NCBI GenBank assembly: GCA_032249395.1
Contig: JAVVFY010000003.1
Span: forward strand, 40,738 to 104,737
DNA from: Candidatus Aenigmatarchaeota archaeon
GTDB taxonomy: Archaea > Aenigmatarchaeota > Aenigmatarchaeia > CG10238-14 > SpSt-28
DNA: 64,000 nucleotides
Reading direction: 5' to 3'
This document shows positions 10,355 through 20,373 of this stretch, piece by piece. Under the pieces are notes generated by a model, which worked only from the letters and a program-made list of their open reading frames with translations, did not search any database and had not been told where the DNA came from. Positions within the stretch are counted from its first letter, which is position 1, and every line of letters begins with the position of its first letter. Position numbers and translations under genes: made by a program.

Positions 10355-10506
10355 TTATTTAGAAATTTTGGGCTTTAGCCTAAGTAAGCCTAAAATGCCA
10401 AGAAAAACCTCAAGATCATAATTTTTGGCCCCTGAGGACAAAAATCATCACAGACCTTTTTATCCTCTTAGCATAAGATTTCAAATTTTTAAGTATCTCT
10501 AGTTCA

Positions 10507-10583
10507 AAATGCTCCACTTGGATCACTTCATACTTCTTAAATTTTAAAAATCAACGCAGATAAATTGTCTAAGTGGAACATTT
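10507..10583. promoter_or_regulatory. Inverted ORB-like pair flanking a 45-bp AT-rich spacer (candidate replication origin)
   Basis: AAATGCTCCACTTGGA (10507-10522) matches the reverse complement of 10568-10583 (AAATGTTCCACTTAGA) at 14/16; resembles the archaeal ORB core GTTCCAnTnGAA; lies in a ~1.1-kb gene-free region. Confidence 0.45.
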
Positions 10584-11050
10584 CAAGACTCTTCTAGCTC
10601 CAATAATGTTAAAGACAAAATCTTTTTATCTATCAACAACTCCTAATTTTTTATGTTCTCTTTCTTGTCAATCAAGCACTTTCTCGTATGCTACATAGGG
10701 AAAAAACTTTATATATGAATCTTTATCCATGATTGCGAAACTCCTTATTTGAAGATATTTTTTTGCAGAGATTGCTTTAAATAATTATCAATAGTTCTAA
10801 TAAAAGAGATAAATTTAGCACAGTATCCTGTGTACCAGAAAAATTTTACATATACCCTTTTACAATGCTGAGGGATTTTTAATTCCTCCAACTTCATTCT
10901 AATTATAAGTTAGAGATATAAATGCTCGTTTGAATATACTAAATTGTGGAAACTGCTCCCCCAGAAAGCCCACTATGTCAATGTTGCTATATCCTCACTA
11001 AAAAAGATGAGGAAAAGGTAGAGAATTTAAGTAGAAGTGGAATCAGGAGT

Positions 11051-11123
11051 GGGCGGGTAGCTTAGTGGCTGGAGCGCTCGGCTGATAACCGAGAGGTCGT
11101 GGGTTCGAATCCCACCCCGCCCA
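11051..11123 (+). tRNA. tRNA-Ile(GAU)
   Basis: Acceptor GGGCGGG/CCCGCCC-A; anticodon arm CTCGG-CT-GAT-AA-CCGAG; T-loop TTCGAAT. Confidence 0.95.
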
Positions 11124-11293
11124 TCTTTACTATTTTTGACTCAGAACCGTACTTAATATTATTATTAATTAATCGCAAATGAGGGAAAAATTAACTATCT
11201 TTATTATTTGTTTACATTCTATTCTTATTTTTACCCTTTCCACTCTTTAAAAAATTAAAGAAGAAGTTTTTAATTAAAACGAGAATAATTTAG

Positions 11294-11890
11294 ATGAAAG
11301 GCAAGTTTATAGTTTTTGAAGGTATTGACGGCGCCGGCCTAACAACACAAGCAGAGTTGTTGGAAAAATATCTAAAAGAAAAAAAATATGAAGTTGTTCT
11401 AACAAAAGAACCAACAAACAGCTTAATTGGAGGTATAATAAGAGCTGCTTTGAAAAAAGAATGGTTAACATCAAACAGAACATTGCAACTATTATTCTCT
11501 GCTGATAGATCCCATCATATTGAAAAAGAAATAATTCCAGCTTTAGAAAGCGGAAAAATAGTTATTTGTGATAGGTATTTCATTTCAACAATTGCTTATG
11601 GAATGATAGAGGTAGAAAAAGATTGGTTAAAATCTCTTAACTCAAAGTTTTTGTTGCCAGATATTATTTTCATAATCGACGTTCCAGTAGAAGTTTCAAT
11701 AGAAAGGATAAAAGCGAGCAGATTTGGATTCGAGCTTTTTGAAGAAAAGAAAAAACTTGAAAAGATAAGAAACAATTTTCTTGAGCTTTCAAAAGAATAC
11801 AAAAATTGCTTTGTGATTAATGGAAACAGAAGTATAGAGGATGTTCATAAGGAAATTGTTAAAATTGTAGAAGAAAAACTAAAGCTCTAA
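11294..11890 (+). CDS. tmk: Thymidylate (dTMP) kinase
   Basis: FIVFEGIDGAG P-loop region, KEPT, ICDRY motifs. Confidence 0.93.
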   Translation: MKGKFIVFEGIDGAGLTTQAELLEKYLKEKKYEVVLTKEPTNSLIGGIIRAALKKEWLTSNRTLQLLFSADRSHHIEKEIIPALESGKIVICDRYFISTIAYGMIEVEKDWLKSLNSKFLLPDIIFIIDVPVEVSIERIKASRFGFELFEEKKKLEKIRNNFLELSKEYKNCFVINGNRSIEDVHKEIVKIVEEKLKL

Positions 11891-12946
11891 TTCGGCCAAT
11901 CTTTTCAAAGCCTCTACTTTTTCTTTTCTTTCAATTTCTGCTTTCTCTAAAATTTCTTTTAATGTTCTTATGCTTTCATCATAAGTCTTTCTATCAACAG
12001 GGTAAGGTATTCTGTCTTTCCCACCGTGTGCAAATGTGTATTTAACTGGATCTATCCAGCTTGCCTCCTTTCCATAAACTAGCTTTGCTATTAAAGCTAG
12101 GGCTCTAACAGTTTTTGGACCAACTCCTTCAAAGGCGACAAGTTCTTCATAATTTTTTGGATCAAATTCATGCAAATCCAAAAGTTTCTGATAAACCTTT
12201 ATATCGAAAGTGTGTTCTACCGGCATTTTGAGAAACTTATATAGGCTATGAGGAGAAGAAAAATATTTCTTGAATTTTCTAACATCCTCTTTAACAATAT
12301 CAACGCTCGCTTTTCTCGCTTCTTCGCTTTCTTTAGCAACCATATTTAAAACTTTCTCTTCCTTAAAGCCAACTATTGCTGAATGAGGTTCCACAACAAA
12401 AGAATTTAATGAGAAAGAAAGCCAATGATATCTTCTTGCCAATTTATTTTCAACATTCATTCCTTGTTGAACTACTGCCCATTTCCCATCTTCTGTTACA
12501 AAAAATGAATGATGATAAATTTGATAACCAGCCTGAATTAAGGAATTATCAACCTTTGCTACCATTCTGCTTGCATACTTTAATTCTTCAATTTTTCTCG
12601 TAGATAGTCTAAATTCCTCCCCAATTTTTTCTATTTCCTCTGGAGTCTTTTTAGAGGATGAACCCTTACCTCCTAAAACTTTAACACCAACATTTTCTTT
12701 GTTTAATCCTTCTTTTAGTGCACCAGTCAGAGTTGTTGTTGTTCCTGAGCTATGAAAATCCATACCTACACAACAAGACAATGCCTGAAACCAAAAAGGA
12801 TTAGATATTCTTTTTAAAAATTCATCAACGCCGTATTCTTCAATTATTATTTTAACTATCGATGTCGAAAGCTTAGTCATTCTTTTGAACAACCAAGCTG
12901 GTACACTTCCATAGTGTAATGGTAGTTCGGCAATTCCCACTCTCAT
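11879..12946 (-). CDS. DUF763-family protein
   Basis: AELPLHYG, DFHSSGTTT, VVQQGMN, ARRYHW, FAHGGKD motifs and an HhH (GVGPKT). Confidence 0.85.
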   Translation of the reverse strand: MRVGIAELPLHYGSVPAWLFKRMTKLSTSIVKIIIEEYGVDEFLKRISNPFWFQALSCCVGMDFHSSGTTTTLTGALKEGLNKENVGVKVLGGKGSSSKKTPEEIEKIGEEFRLSTRKIEELKYASRMVAKVDNSLIQAGYQIYHHSFFVTEDGKWAVVQQGMNVENKLARRYHWLSFSLNSFVVEPHSAIVGFKEEKVLNMVAKESEEARKASVDIVKEDVRKFKKYFSSPHSLYKFLKMPVEHTFDIKVYQKLLDLHEFDPKNYEELVAFEGVGPKTVRALALIAKLVYGKEASWIDPVKYTFAHGGKDRIPYPVDRKTYDESIRTLKEILEKAEIERKEKVEALKRLAELEL

Positions 12947-12951
12947 AGGAA

Positions 12952-13839
12952 TTACTTTGTAAGACGTTTTTTAAACTCTCTTTCAGCCTCTTTTATACAT
13001 TTTATTACTTCTTTTTTAATTTCCTTCCTTAATTTTTCTTTCAACTTAACAATCCTTGACAAATTTTTTCTTTTCTGGACTTTCAATATTAACTTAATCA
13101 TCTTAATTTTCTCTTCATGTTTCGTGTATTTAAGCAACTTTCTGGCAATAGAAATCACTTCATCTTGTCTCTCTAAATATACGATCCAGCGCTTGCATGG
13201 TTCCTTATGAAGTCTAAAAATTGGATGATATCCATCTTTTTTAAGTCTCTCGTATATGCCTCTTAATATGTGCCTGTCCTTTGTGATTATAGAGAGTCTT
13301 ATATTGATACTATTCTCGCCTCTTTTCCTTATAAACCAACAGCCATCAGCATCTATATATCCAGCAAGGAATGCATAAAAAAATTCGCCTTGTGGAAGTT
13401 TTACTGGTTTTTCTAATATAAATTCAAACGAAGAATCTAAGTAAGCTTTAAGGTTCCAATCAAACTTTGGAGTAATCTTTCTTTTTCTGGGTGTCTTACT
13501 GCAGTGACCATACTTACTGAAGAGTTTACAAAAAAGATGAACCATAGAAGGATGAGTAGTTGACAAAGAACATATTATCTTATTGTGCGACTTCACTACA
13601 TAAAGGTCCCCCGAGCGAAAACCGATTAAGTAATATTTCTCTATTTCATTTCCTGAGAAAGGAGATGTTGGATATTCACTATTTGCTTCTGACAAAGTTC
13701 TACGAGAGAGGCTGTATTCAATCATTCTCCGTCTTATAGTTTCTTTACCAACTCCAATTATTTTAGCTATTTGAGATAAACTTAGCTTTTCTTTATAATA
13801 CATTCTCTTTATTTCTTTTATAGGAAATTCTTTTTCCAT
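12952..13839 (-). CDS. Free-standing two-motif LAGLIDADG endonuclease-like protein with N-terminal HTH
   Basis: YYLIGFRSGD and FLAGYIDADGC motifs; N-terminal LSLSQIAKIIGVGKETIRRRM. Confidence 0.8.
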   Translation of the reverse strand: MEKEFPIKEIKRMYYKEKLSLSQIAKIIGVGKETIRRRMIEYSLSRRTLSEANSEYPTSPFSGNEIEKYYLIGFRSGDLYVVKSHNKIICSLSTTHPSMVHLFCKLFSKYGHCSKTPRKRKITPKFDWNLKAYLDSSFEFILEKPVKLPQGEFFYAFLAGYIDADGCWFIRKRGENSINIRLSIITKDRHILRGIYERLKKDGYHPIFRLHKEPCKRWIVYLERQDEVISIARKLLKYTKHEEKIKMIKLILKVQKRKNLSRIVKLKEKLRKEIKKEVIKCIKEAEREFKKRLTK

Positions 13840-14042
13840 TTTATTCTAGCTATTAATGCGGCTTCTTTTAAGTTTCTTCTTTTTATACCAAACTTTTTTA
13901 AATAATATCTCACTCCAGCAGGAGACATTCCTACTAATTTAGCAATCTCGGTAGTGCTTTTCTTTTTTCTCCAATAAAGGTTATATAGCTTTGCTTTTTC
14001 CAAGACTTTTTTGTTTCTACTATTTATTTTTTTATCACTCAT
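13818..14042 (-). CDS. Small basic HTH protein, similar to the N-terminus of the adjacent LAGLIDADG ORF
   Basis: LYWRKKKSTTEIAKLVGMSPAGVRYYLKKFGIKRRNLKEA aligns by eye with MYYKEKLSLSQIAKIIGVGKETIRRRMIEYSLSRRTLSEA. Confidence 0.65.
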   Translation of the reverse strand: MSDKKINSRNKKVLEKAKLYNLYWRKKKSTTEIAKLVGMSPAGVRYYLKKFGIKRRNLKEAALIARIKWKKNFL

Positions 14043-14257
14043 ATAGTGTATTATATTATGTATATAAATATTTTTCTTTTTATAAATATATAAATTTAAA
14101 TATATAAATTATTATTGCAAATTTTAGAGGAATAGCAAAAATTTGCCTTTTAATAAACCTCTTCCAAAAACCACACTATTGTTATGTAAATATCCAGTAA
14201 CGTCCTCATTTTTTACTGCAGCTTTCCATAAAAATCTTTAGGAAAATAATTAGATAT

Positions 14258-14330
14258 GCGCCAGTCGTCTAGCCTGGTAGGACACGAGCTTCCCAAGCTC
14301 GGAGCCCGGGTTCAAATCCCGGCTGGCGCA
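14258..14330 (+). tRNA. tRNA-Gly(CCC)
   Basis: GCGCCAG/CTGGCGC-A acceptor; CGAGC-TT-CCC-AA-GCTCG anticodon arm. Confidence 0.95.
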
Positions 14331-14424
14331 AGGATTTTAAAATGTAACTTAATTTTTAAAATTTAATGTCTTAGAATTTTGGTTGTATTTAATAAAAACA
14401 TTAAAAACATCACTATTTAATTAA

Positions 14425-14709
14425 TTATAATTCTCTGTGTTTTTTTCTAACGCTTTTCCCTGGCTGAGCTATTCCCCTGAATCTAGCGCAGCTTGGGCAA
14501 ACATAATATTTTCTTTTAAATGTATGCAAGTATCTCGGATCAATTTGTTTCCTCAAAGTTGGGTCGTTTATGAAAAAACCTTTAGTAACTATAAAAGCTT
14601 TGTATCTAGGCAATCTTCTTCCACAAAAAGAGCATTCAACTACAGTTTCGCTTCCTCTCGCATGTGTATGTTCATATTTTCTCTTGTAAGGTGCTTCACT
14701 TATTGGCAT
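14425..14709 (-). CDS. rps26e: 30S ribosomal protein eS26 (S26e)
   Basis: RG...VECSFCGRRLPRYKA...KYYVCPSCARFRGI matches the eS26 zinc-finger pattern. Confidence 0.8.
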   Translation of the reverse strand: MPISEAPYKRKYEHTHARGSETVVECSFCGRRLPRYKAFIVTKGFFINDPTLRKQIDPRYLHTFKRKYYVCPSCARFRGIAQPGKSVRKKHREL

Positions 14710-14842
14710 AATTCTTAATGATTTTAATGTTTAAATCTTTGAAGTAGATAGCCTCTTTAAACTTTAAGTGATAGAACGTGATGTTAACTTCTACAAAACA
14801 ACTTGTAGTAAGCAATTTTTAATTAATTTTTGAAGTGAAAAT

Positions 14843-15868
14843 ATGGGGGTTCAGATTGGAACGATAATTCCTAGAAGAGAAATAGAATTAGAAAGCCTAG
14901 CTGGTAAAAAAATCGCTATTGATGCCTACAATGCTCTATTTCAATTTTTAAGTATAATAAGAGATAAGATGACTGGAGAACCTTTGAAAGACAGCAAAGG
15001 TAGAATAACATCTCATTTATCAGGTCTGTTCTACCGAACTATAAATTTAATAGAAGCTGGAATTAAGCCAATTTATGTTTTTGATGGAAAACCGCCTGAA
15101 TTCAAAAAAGCCACTCTCGAGAAAAGAGAGGAAATGAAAAAAGAAGCTGAAGAAAAGATGAAAGAAGCTTTGGAAAAAGGAGAAGAGGCAATAAAATATG
15201 CCCAAGCAACAGCAAGAGTTACGGAGGAAATAGTTAACGATGCAAAAAAGCTTTTACAACTAATGGGAGTTCCAATAGTTCAGGCTCCAAGTGAAGGCGA
15301 AATGCAAGCCGCATACATTGCAAAAAAAGGAGACGCTTATGCTTCTGCTTCTCAAGATTATGATTCTTTGCTTGTTGGTTCCCCAAGATTAATAAGAAAT
15401 CTGAACATTACTGGTAAAAGAAAATTGCCAAATAAAGAAGTTTATGTTGATATAAAGCCTGAGCTAATAGAATTAGAAGAGGTTTTGAAGACTTTAGAAA
15501 TAAATAGGGAGCAACTAATAATAATAGGTATTTTGGTTGGGACTGACTATAATCCGGAAGGAATAGAGGGTATTGGACCAAAAAAAGCTTTAAAGCTCGT
15601 TAAAGAAAAAAAGACTTTGGAAAATGTTTTGAAAGAAGTTGAGTGGAAGTTTGACGTCAAAGCAGAAGATATCTACAACTTTTTCCTGAATCCTCCCGTT
15701 ACCGATAGTTATAAGCTTGAGTGGAAAACGCCAGACGAAGATGGAATAATAAAATTCATGGTCGAAGAACACGATTTTTCTGAGGAAAGGATAAGAAATG
15801 GAATAGAAAAGTTAAAGCAAGCATTTTCTAAATCTCAACAAAAAAGCTTGGGAAACTGGCTTAGATAA
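14843..15868 (+). CDS. fen: Flap endonuclease-1
   Basis: MGV start, [24 protein letters not shown]-terminal PIP box QKSLGNW. Confidence 0.97.
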   Translation: MGVQIGTIIPRREIELESLAGKKIAIDAYNALFQFLSIIRDKMTGEPLKDSKGRITSHLSGLFYRTINLIEAGIKPIYVFDGKPPEFKKATLEKREEMKKEAEEKMKEALEKGEEAIKYAQATARVTEEIVNDAKKLLQLMGVPIVQAPSEGEMQAAYIAKKGDAYASASQDYDSLLVGSPRLIRNLNITGKRKLPNKEVYVDIKPELIELEEVLKTLEINREQLIIIGILVGTDYNPEGIEGIGPKKALKLVKEKKTLENVLKEVEWKFDVKAEDIYNFFLNPPVTDSYKLEWKTPDEDGIIKFMVEEHDFSEERIRNGIEKLKQAFSKSQQKSLGNWLR

Positions 15869-15981
15869 TCTTAGATAATCAAATTTTGTAGGAAATTTCC
15901 TTTAGTTTTTTAACTATTTTATGAGTCTGAGTGAAACTCTAGTAAATATTAGTGTTATTAAACCTGTTGTCATTTTGTACA

Positions 15982-16965
15982 TCAAGATTTTATCCTTTCA
16001 ACTACTTTATAATTTCCGTTTTCAAGCTTATAATGAAGTATATAATCATTAGAAATCTTCCCAAATAAAGGAGTGTAAATCCACTTTTTAATATTTCTTA
16101 AAGTTGGATTTTTTAAATAATACTCGATTGCTCTTGTATGTTGAGCACCGTAAATAACTAATAAGTAGTTTTTAGACTTTTGTAGCTCGGATAATCTTTC
16201 TAACCTTTCAGAAGCTATCACATTTCTATAATCAAACACCCCATAGCCAACAATATCCTCTATTCCATAATTAAAAAGTGATTTGCTATCGATCAAATTA
16301 GCAGAATATCTACCATTATAGCTACCAAAAAATAAAGGAAAGAAAAGTTGCGAAAGGAGAAAAACGATAAACCTTCTTCTTTTCAACTTTTTTCTAAAAA
16401 AGTAAAAATAAAGTGCTAGCGAAACAGGATAAGATAAATACATAAAACTGTCTACAGCAAAAAATACATCATCGTTATCAAATGTATTAGGATCGACAAC
16501 ATATATTTCTTTGCTTAGCTCTGCGCATAATTTTACTACATTGCTATAAAAATATGAAGATTGATAGTAAATGTCACTCTCTAACACTTTATCTATATAA
16601 TATTCTAAAACGACAGCATCCGCTTCTTTTATTACTTTATAAAGAAACTCTTTATAGTATCTAAAATATTTTTCATTATGAGCAACACCAACAATTTTAT
16701 ATTTTACTCCATTTACTTCCAAGTCTAAAATTTCAAAAAGAGATGGCAAATCTGACCAATCTCCCCTTCTTTCAACCCACTTCTCAAACTCTCTTTCGAA
16801 TCTTTCCCTATTAGGATTTTCTGTAAGCTCTTTTCCAACTTCTGAAGCTAAAATTGGAACAAAGGGAATGGACAAAGAGATTAATTCGAAAGCAGATTTC
16901 GAATTCTCGCTGATAAATTTAATAAATTCTTTTATAAACAGTCTTCCACTTAACTTTTCACGCAT
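15982..16965 (-). CDS. Hypothetical membrane protein, TraB/GumN(Tiki)-like
   Basis: IVGVAH...AVVLE...RN...LVIYGAQH pattern with two internal hydrophobic segments. Confidence 0.5.
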   Translation of the reverse strand: MREKLSGRLFIKEFIKFISENSKSAFELISLSIPFVPILASEVGKELTENPNRERFEREFEKWVERRGDWSDLPSLFEILDLEVNGVKYKIVGVAHNEKYFRYYKEFLYKVIKEADAVVLEYYIDKVLESDIYYQSSYFYSNVVKLCAELSKEIYVVDPNTFDNDDVFFAVDSFMYLSYPVSLALYFYFFRKKLKRRRFIVFLLSQLFFPLFFGSYNGRYSANLIDSKSLFNYGIEDIVGYGVFDYRNVIASERLERLSELQKSKNYLLVIYGAQHTRAIEYYLKNPTLRNIKKWIYTPLFGKISNDYILHYKLENGNYKVVERIKS

Positions 16966-17139
16966 TATAATTTAGATTAAAAACAAAAATAAAAAAATTA
17001 ATACCCTTAAGCTCTTTTTCTTGACAGTATTTGTAAATTAGTACATAAACGTATCATTCATGACGTTACCATATTGTTTACAGAATCGAACAGTTTTCAT
17101 AAATCCTACTTTGATTTATAACTAAATCAAGTTGAATTT

Positions 17140-17213
17140 TGGGCCTGGCGGGATTCGAACCCGCGACCAACCGGTTAAGAGCCGGCTGCTCTACCTGGCT
17201 GAGCTACAGGCCC
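17140..17213 (-). tRNA. tRNA-Lys(CUU)
   Basis: Reverse complement GGGCCTG...GCCGG-CT-CTT-AA-CCGGT...GGTTCGAATCC...CAGGCCC-A. Confidence 0.95.
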
Positions 17214-17249
17214 GAGATAATTTTTTTCTACTAAACATTAAAATTTTAT

Positions 17250-17618
17250 ATGAAAAAAGAAATAGAAGCTTTTTTAGAATTAAAAAATTTGGTAGAAAAA
17301 ATGAATTCTGAAATTTCTTGCGTTATTGTTGAAGGTAGAAAAGATAAAGAAGCTTTAGAGAGAATTGGTTATAAAGGTAGGATAATATATGCTAATAAAT
17401 TCGAGATGGCTAATGGAATGGTTGTTATATTGACTGATTTCGACAAAGAGGGAAAAGAAATAGCAAAAAGAATAACAATAAGTATTGGAGAAAAGAATAT
17501 TGATAAGTTTTTCAGAAATGAATTCAAAAAAATTTTGAAATCTATTGGCAGAGACGATATTCAATCGATAATCAATCTTTGCAAAAAGTATGAAAAAATG
17601 TCCGATCAAAACTTATAA
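17250..17618 (+). CDS. Small TOPRIM-domain protein
   Basis: VIVEGRKD and ILTDFDKEG TOPRIM motifs. Confidence 0.85.
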   Translation: MKKEIEAFLELKNLVEKMNSEISCVIVEGRKDKEALERIGYKGRIIYANKFEMANGMVVILTDFDKEGKEIAKRITISIGEKNIDKFFRNEFKKILKSIGRDDIQSIINLCKKYEKMSDQNL

Positions 17619-18232
17619 GCAACTAAACCTTTTGTCTCTTCAACTTTTACAATTTTACTAAAACCAGCTAATAAAAGCCTTCTTGCTATTCCCTTAATAA
17701 AATTCTTACCAGAAAGTTTCCCTGGTTCCCCAGTATAATGGAATATCTTTCCACCTTTCTTCAAAACTCTGAAAAGTTGATTGTAAAACTCTTGAGAATA
17801 AAGTTCCGGTGCTAAGGAAAATCTCGGAGGATCATGAATTATAAAATTAAAACTTTCACTCTCAAAGCTTCTAACAACTTCAAATGCATCACCAATTATC
17901 AATTCTATTTTTGGATTTTCAAAAAGCTCTCTAGAAAATTCATTTTGCTTAGCAATTTTTATCACATTCTCATCTTTTTCAATAGTCACAACTTTCTCGA
18001 CGCTTTTCTTCCTAGCCGCTAAAATTGCTGTATAACCTAAACCAGTGCAAATATCTAAAATCTTGCCATAAATTTTACCTAAAGATTTTATTTTTAGTTC
18101 AGTATCGGTTTTTGGATCCACATCTTTAATTCTATGCATGTGAATTCCAGAAATTTCTAATGTTGGCCAAGTTGACGTTGGGATTAGTTTGTAAAATTTA
18201 TTCGTTTTCTTATCAAAGAGCTTAACTCCCAT
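17606..18232 (-). CDS. Archaeal SAM-dependent methyltransferase (COG2521-like)
   Basis: PTLEISGIHMH, LDICTGLGYTA, IIHDPPRF. Confidence 0.8.
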   Translation of the reverse strand: MGVKLFDKKTNKFYKLIPTSTWPTLEISGIHMHRIKDVDPKTDTELKIKSLGKIYGKILDICTGLGYTAILAARKKSVEKVVTIEKDENVIKIAKQNEFSRELFENPKIELIIGDAFEVVRSFESESFNFIIHDPPRFSLAPELYSQEFYNQLFRVLKKGGKIFHYTGEPGKLSGKNFIKGIARRLLLAGFSKIVKVEETKGLVAYKF

Positions 18233-18347
18233 AAAAAACTTTGTTAAAAGAAAAAATAAGAAAAGTGAAATTATTGAATGGAACTATATTTTCTAAAAGC
18301 ACGTAAAAATAAAAATATTTATAAAAATGGTTAAAATCAACCATAAA

Positions 18348-18499
18348 ATGGAGGAAAAAGACAGCACGCGAAGAGGGTTGATTTTGATTTTTGTGTTATA
18401 GTAAAAGAGAGGAATTAGGAGAAAGAATTTTGAAGAATTGAAAAAGAAAAAAGATAAACTTGTTAAAGATATTCTGATAGATGGAATAGAAATAATTTA
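18348..18499 (+). pseudogene. Possible degraded minimal nucleotidyltransferase (MNT antitoxin-like) remnant
   Basis: Fragments in different frames read STRRG, VDFDFCVIVK and FEELKKKKDKLVKDILIDGIEII*. Confidence 0.3.
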
Positions 18500-18502
18500 A
18501 GT

Positions 18503-19144
18503 TCAAAACTTCTCTTCTTCAATTTTTCTAAAGCTATACTTATATGCCAAAAAGAAAACCATTATCATAGCAACTAATACCAAACCAAACTTAACATCTA
18601 TTGGGCTAACTGTTGTTGTTATGGGTAATGGCACAATTTTAGAACTACCAACATTAAGGACTGATGGTGCATAAAAGTTTATAACTCCACTACCAACTAA
18701 AGTAAAGGGATACACTCCACTTGTCACATTACAAGGAATTGAGGCAACTATTGCTATTGTTTTTGTTTCGTTAACATCTATGCTTATTTTTTCTGGATAT
18801 CTTATCCATTTTGCTGCTTCTCCTATGACGCTCAAGCTAATATCTCCTTTTGTCCCTCCTATGTTACTTACAGAAGCAAATATAATATTGTCATTGCATG
18901 CTTTAACATCATAAATTTCTTTAATGTTAATAACTGGTACTTCTTTTTTAGTCAAACAAACTCCATACTTGCAACCATAAGGACAATAATCTAAAATTCT
19001 ATAACCAACGCTTCCGTCTGATTCTCTCACTTTTACAATCACATAATTTCCTTCGCAAGTTTTTTCGATAATTTGAAAGCTATTCGCTAAAGCTACTTCA
19101 AACATTAGCAACGCTATCGCAATTAACAAAATTTTTTTGTTCAT
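18503..19144 (-). CDS. Secreted, C-terminally membrane-anchored Cys-containing hypothetical protein
   Basis: Signal peptide, CPYGCKYGVC, Ig-like segment, C-terminal TM helix plus basic tail. Confidence 0.7.
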   Translation of the reverse strand: MNKKILLIAIALLMFEVALANSFQIIEKTCEGNYVIVKVRESDGSVGYRILDYCPYGCKYGVCLTKKEVPVINIKEIYDVKACNDNIIFASVSNIGGTKGDISLSVIGEAAKWIRYPEKISIDVNETKTIAIVASIPCNVTSGVYPFTLVGSGVINFYAPSVLNVGSSKIVPLPITTTVSPIDVKFGLVLVAMIMVFFLAYKYSFRKIEEEKF

Positions 19145-19191
19145 GATTAATTATTGAAGCGAAAAGCTTAAATATCTTTACTAACTAGTGA

Positions 19192-20373
19192 CTAAGGAGT
19201 AAACCATTCTATTTCATAATATTTGTGTTCTGAACCAGGCAATTCTATTCTATTAGCCAAATAATATGTTACGCTTGTTTCCCTATCGTTTATAGCAATT
19301 AGCAATCTTAGTCCAAGCTCGTCAGCTCTATCCAAAGCGCTAGCAAGCATCTTCCCGCTTAAACTTTCATCTTCATTAAGAGAAATTATTAGAAAAGAAG
19401 GATCGTCTTTTTTTGGTTTCTCAACTTGATTCCCAGCTTTTCTGTGCCACGCAACAAAATCTATCGGAGTTCTCTCTTTTAAATAGTCTTCCTTCTTCAT
19501 TCCTGGAATTGCCATTATAAAAGTTTTTCTCACGCTATGAGCTACTCTAATTGCTCTTGACCATTCGCTCATTGGCATGCTAATTTCTTTTGGAAACACG
19601 TGAATGACATGCTTAGAATGTTGCCATTCTTTTTTTGTTCCAACCGGCTTTGCTCCGGGAAAATAAATTCTAAAATGAGTTCCAAATTTAAAACCAGTTT
19701 TCAAAATAAAACCTTTATCTCTCCAATCCTCGTAAACTTCTAGCATTCTAGATGCAAAAGGTATCCTTTGTTCAACTTCTTTTAGTACCTCTTCGAAGCT
19801 CATTTTTTTGTTAGAAGATACATCTATCACTTCTACTCCCTTTTTTGAAAGATATAAAGTTTCAATAGCATCCAAAGTTAAACAATTCCCTCTTTCAATA
19901 TTCTTATAAACACCCCATTGACCAAACCAGTAATCCTCAAAAAATTTTCTTGCTTCTCTTCCAAAAGCTAAAGAATAACATTCTTCTCTCATGAAAAATA
20001 TCTGAAAATTTATTTGAAGGGAAATTTTATTTGAAGGATATTTTTTGATTGGACTCTTCCCAAAGTTTTTCATTGTAATCCTTTCAGGAAATGTTATAAA
20101 AAGTCCTCTATCTTTCCAATCTCTAAACACATTATACCTAACAAAGAAATGGTTAGAATAAAATCTTTGAAAAATAGTTGAAAGAGAAACTTCCTTATTA
20201 CCTTCAAAAACGCTAGCCTTTCTTATGTTAGCAAGGTAAAAAACTTCTATGGGATGTAAGTAGATTTTATTTCCTTTCACCTCTCCAATAAAACTTTCCT
20301 CTAGTTCTTTGTTTTGAGAAAATGCTTTACCATCTTCAAAATAAATCCTTATCTCCTCTCTCTCAAACTTCAT
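19192..20373 (-). CDS. endA: tRNA-splicing endonuclease, three-unit (epsilon2-like) type
   Basis: Catalytic unit KTGFKFGTHFRIY...HSKH...RVAHSVRK, preceded by a degenerate unit (VFRDWKDRG) and followed by a third partial unit (ETSVTYY); ~393 aa; start chosen at the ATGA overlap (track gives 20394). Confidence 0.88.
   Translation of the reverse strand: MKFEREEIRIYFEDGKAFSQNKELEESFIGEVKGNKIYLHPIEVFYLANIRKASVFEGNKEVSLSTIFQRFYSNHFFVRYNVFRDWKDRGLFITFPERITMKNFGKSPIKKYPSNKISLQINFQIFFMREECYSLAFGREARKFFEDYWFGQWGVYKNIERGNCLTLDAIETLYLSKKGVEVIDVSSNKKMSFEEVLKEVEQRIPFASRMLEVYEDWRDKGFILKTGFKFGTHFRIYFPGAKPVGTKKEWQHSKHVIHVFPKEISMPMSEWSRAIRVAHSVRKTFIMAIPGMKKEDYLKERTPIDFVAWHRKAGNQVEKPKKDDPSFLIISLNEDESLSGKMLASALDRADELGLRLLIAINDRETSVTYYLANRIELPGSEHKYYEIEWFTP

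Noticed and set aside
10600..10900. Possible degraded minus-strand ORF (MKLEELKIPQHCKRVYV...)
   Set aside because: Short, interrupted and without a recognisable motif
15860..15880. 10-bp tandem duplication CTTAGATAAT at the fen stop
   Set aside because: Single short duplication with no associated element
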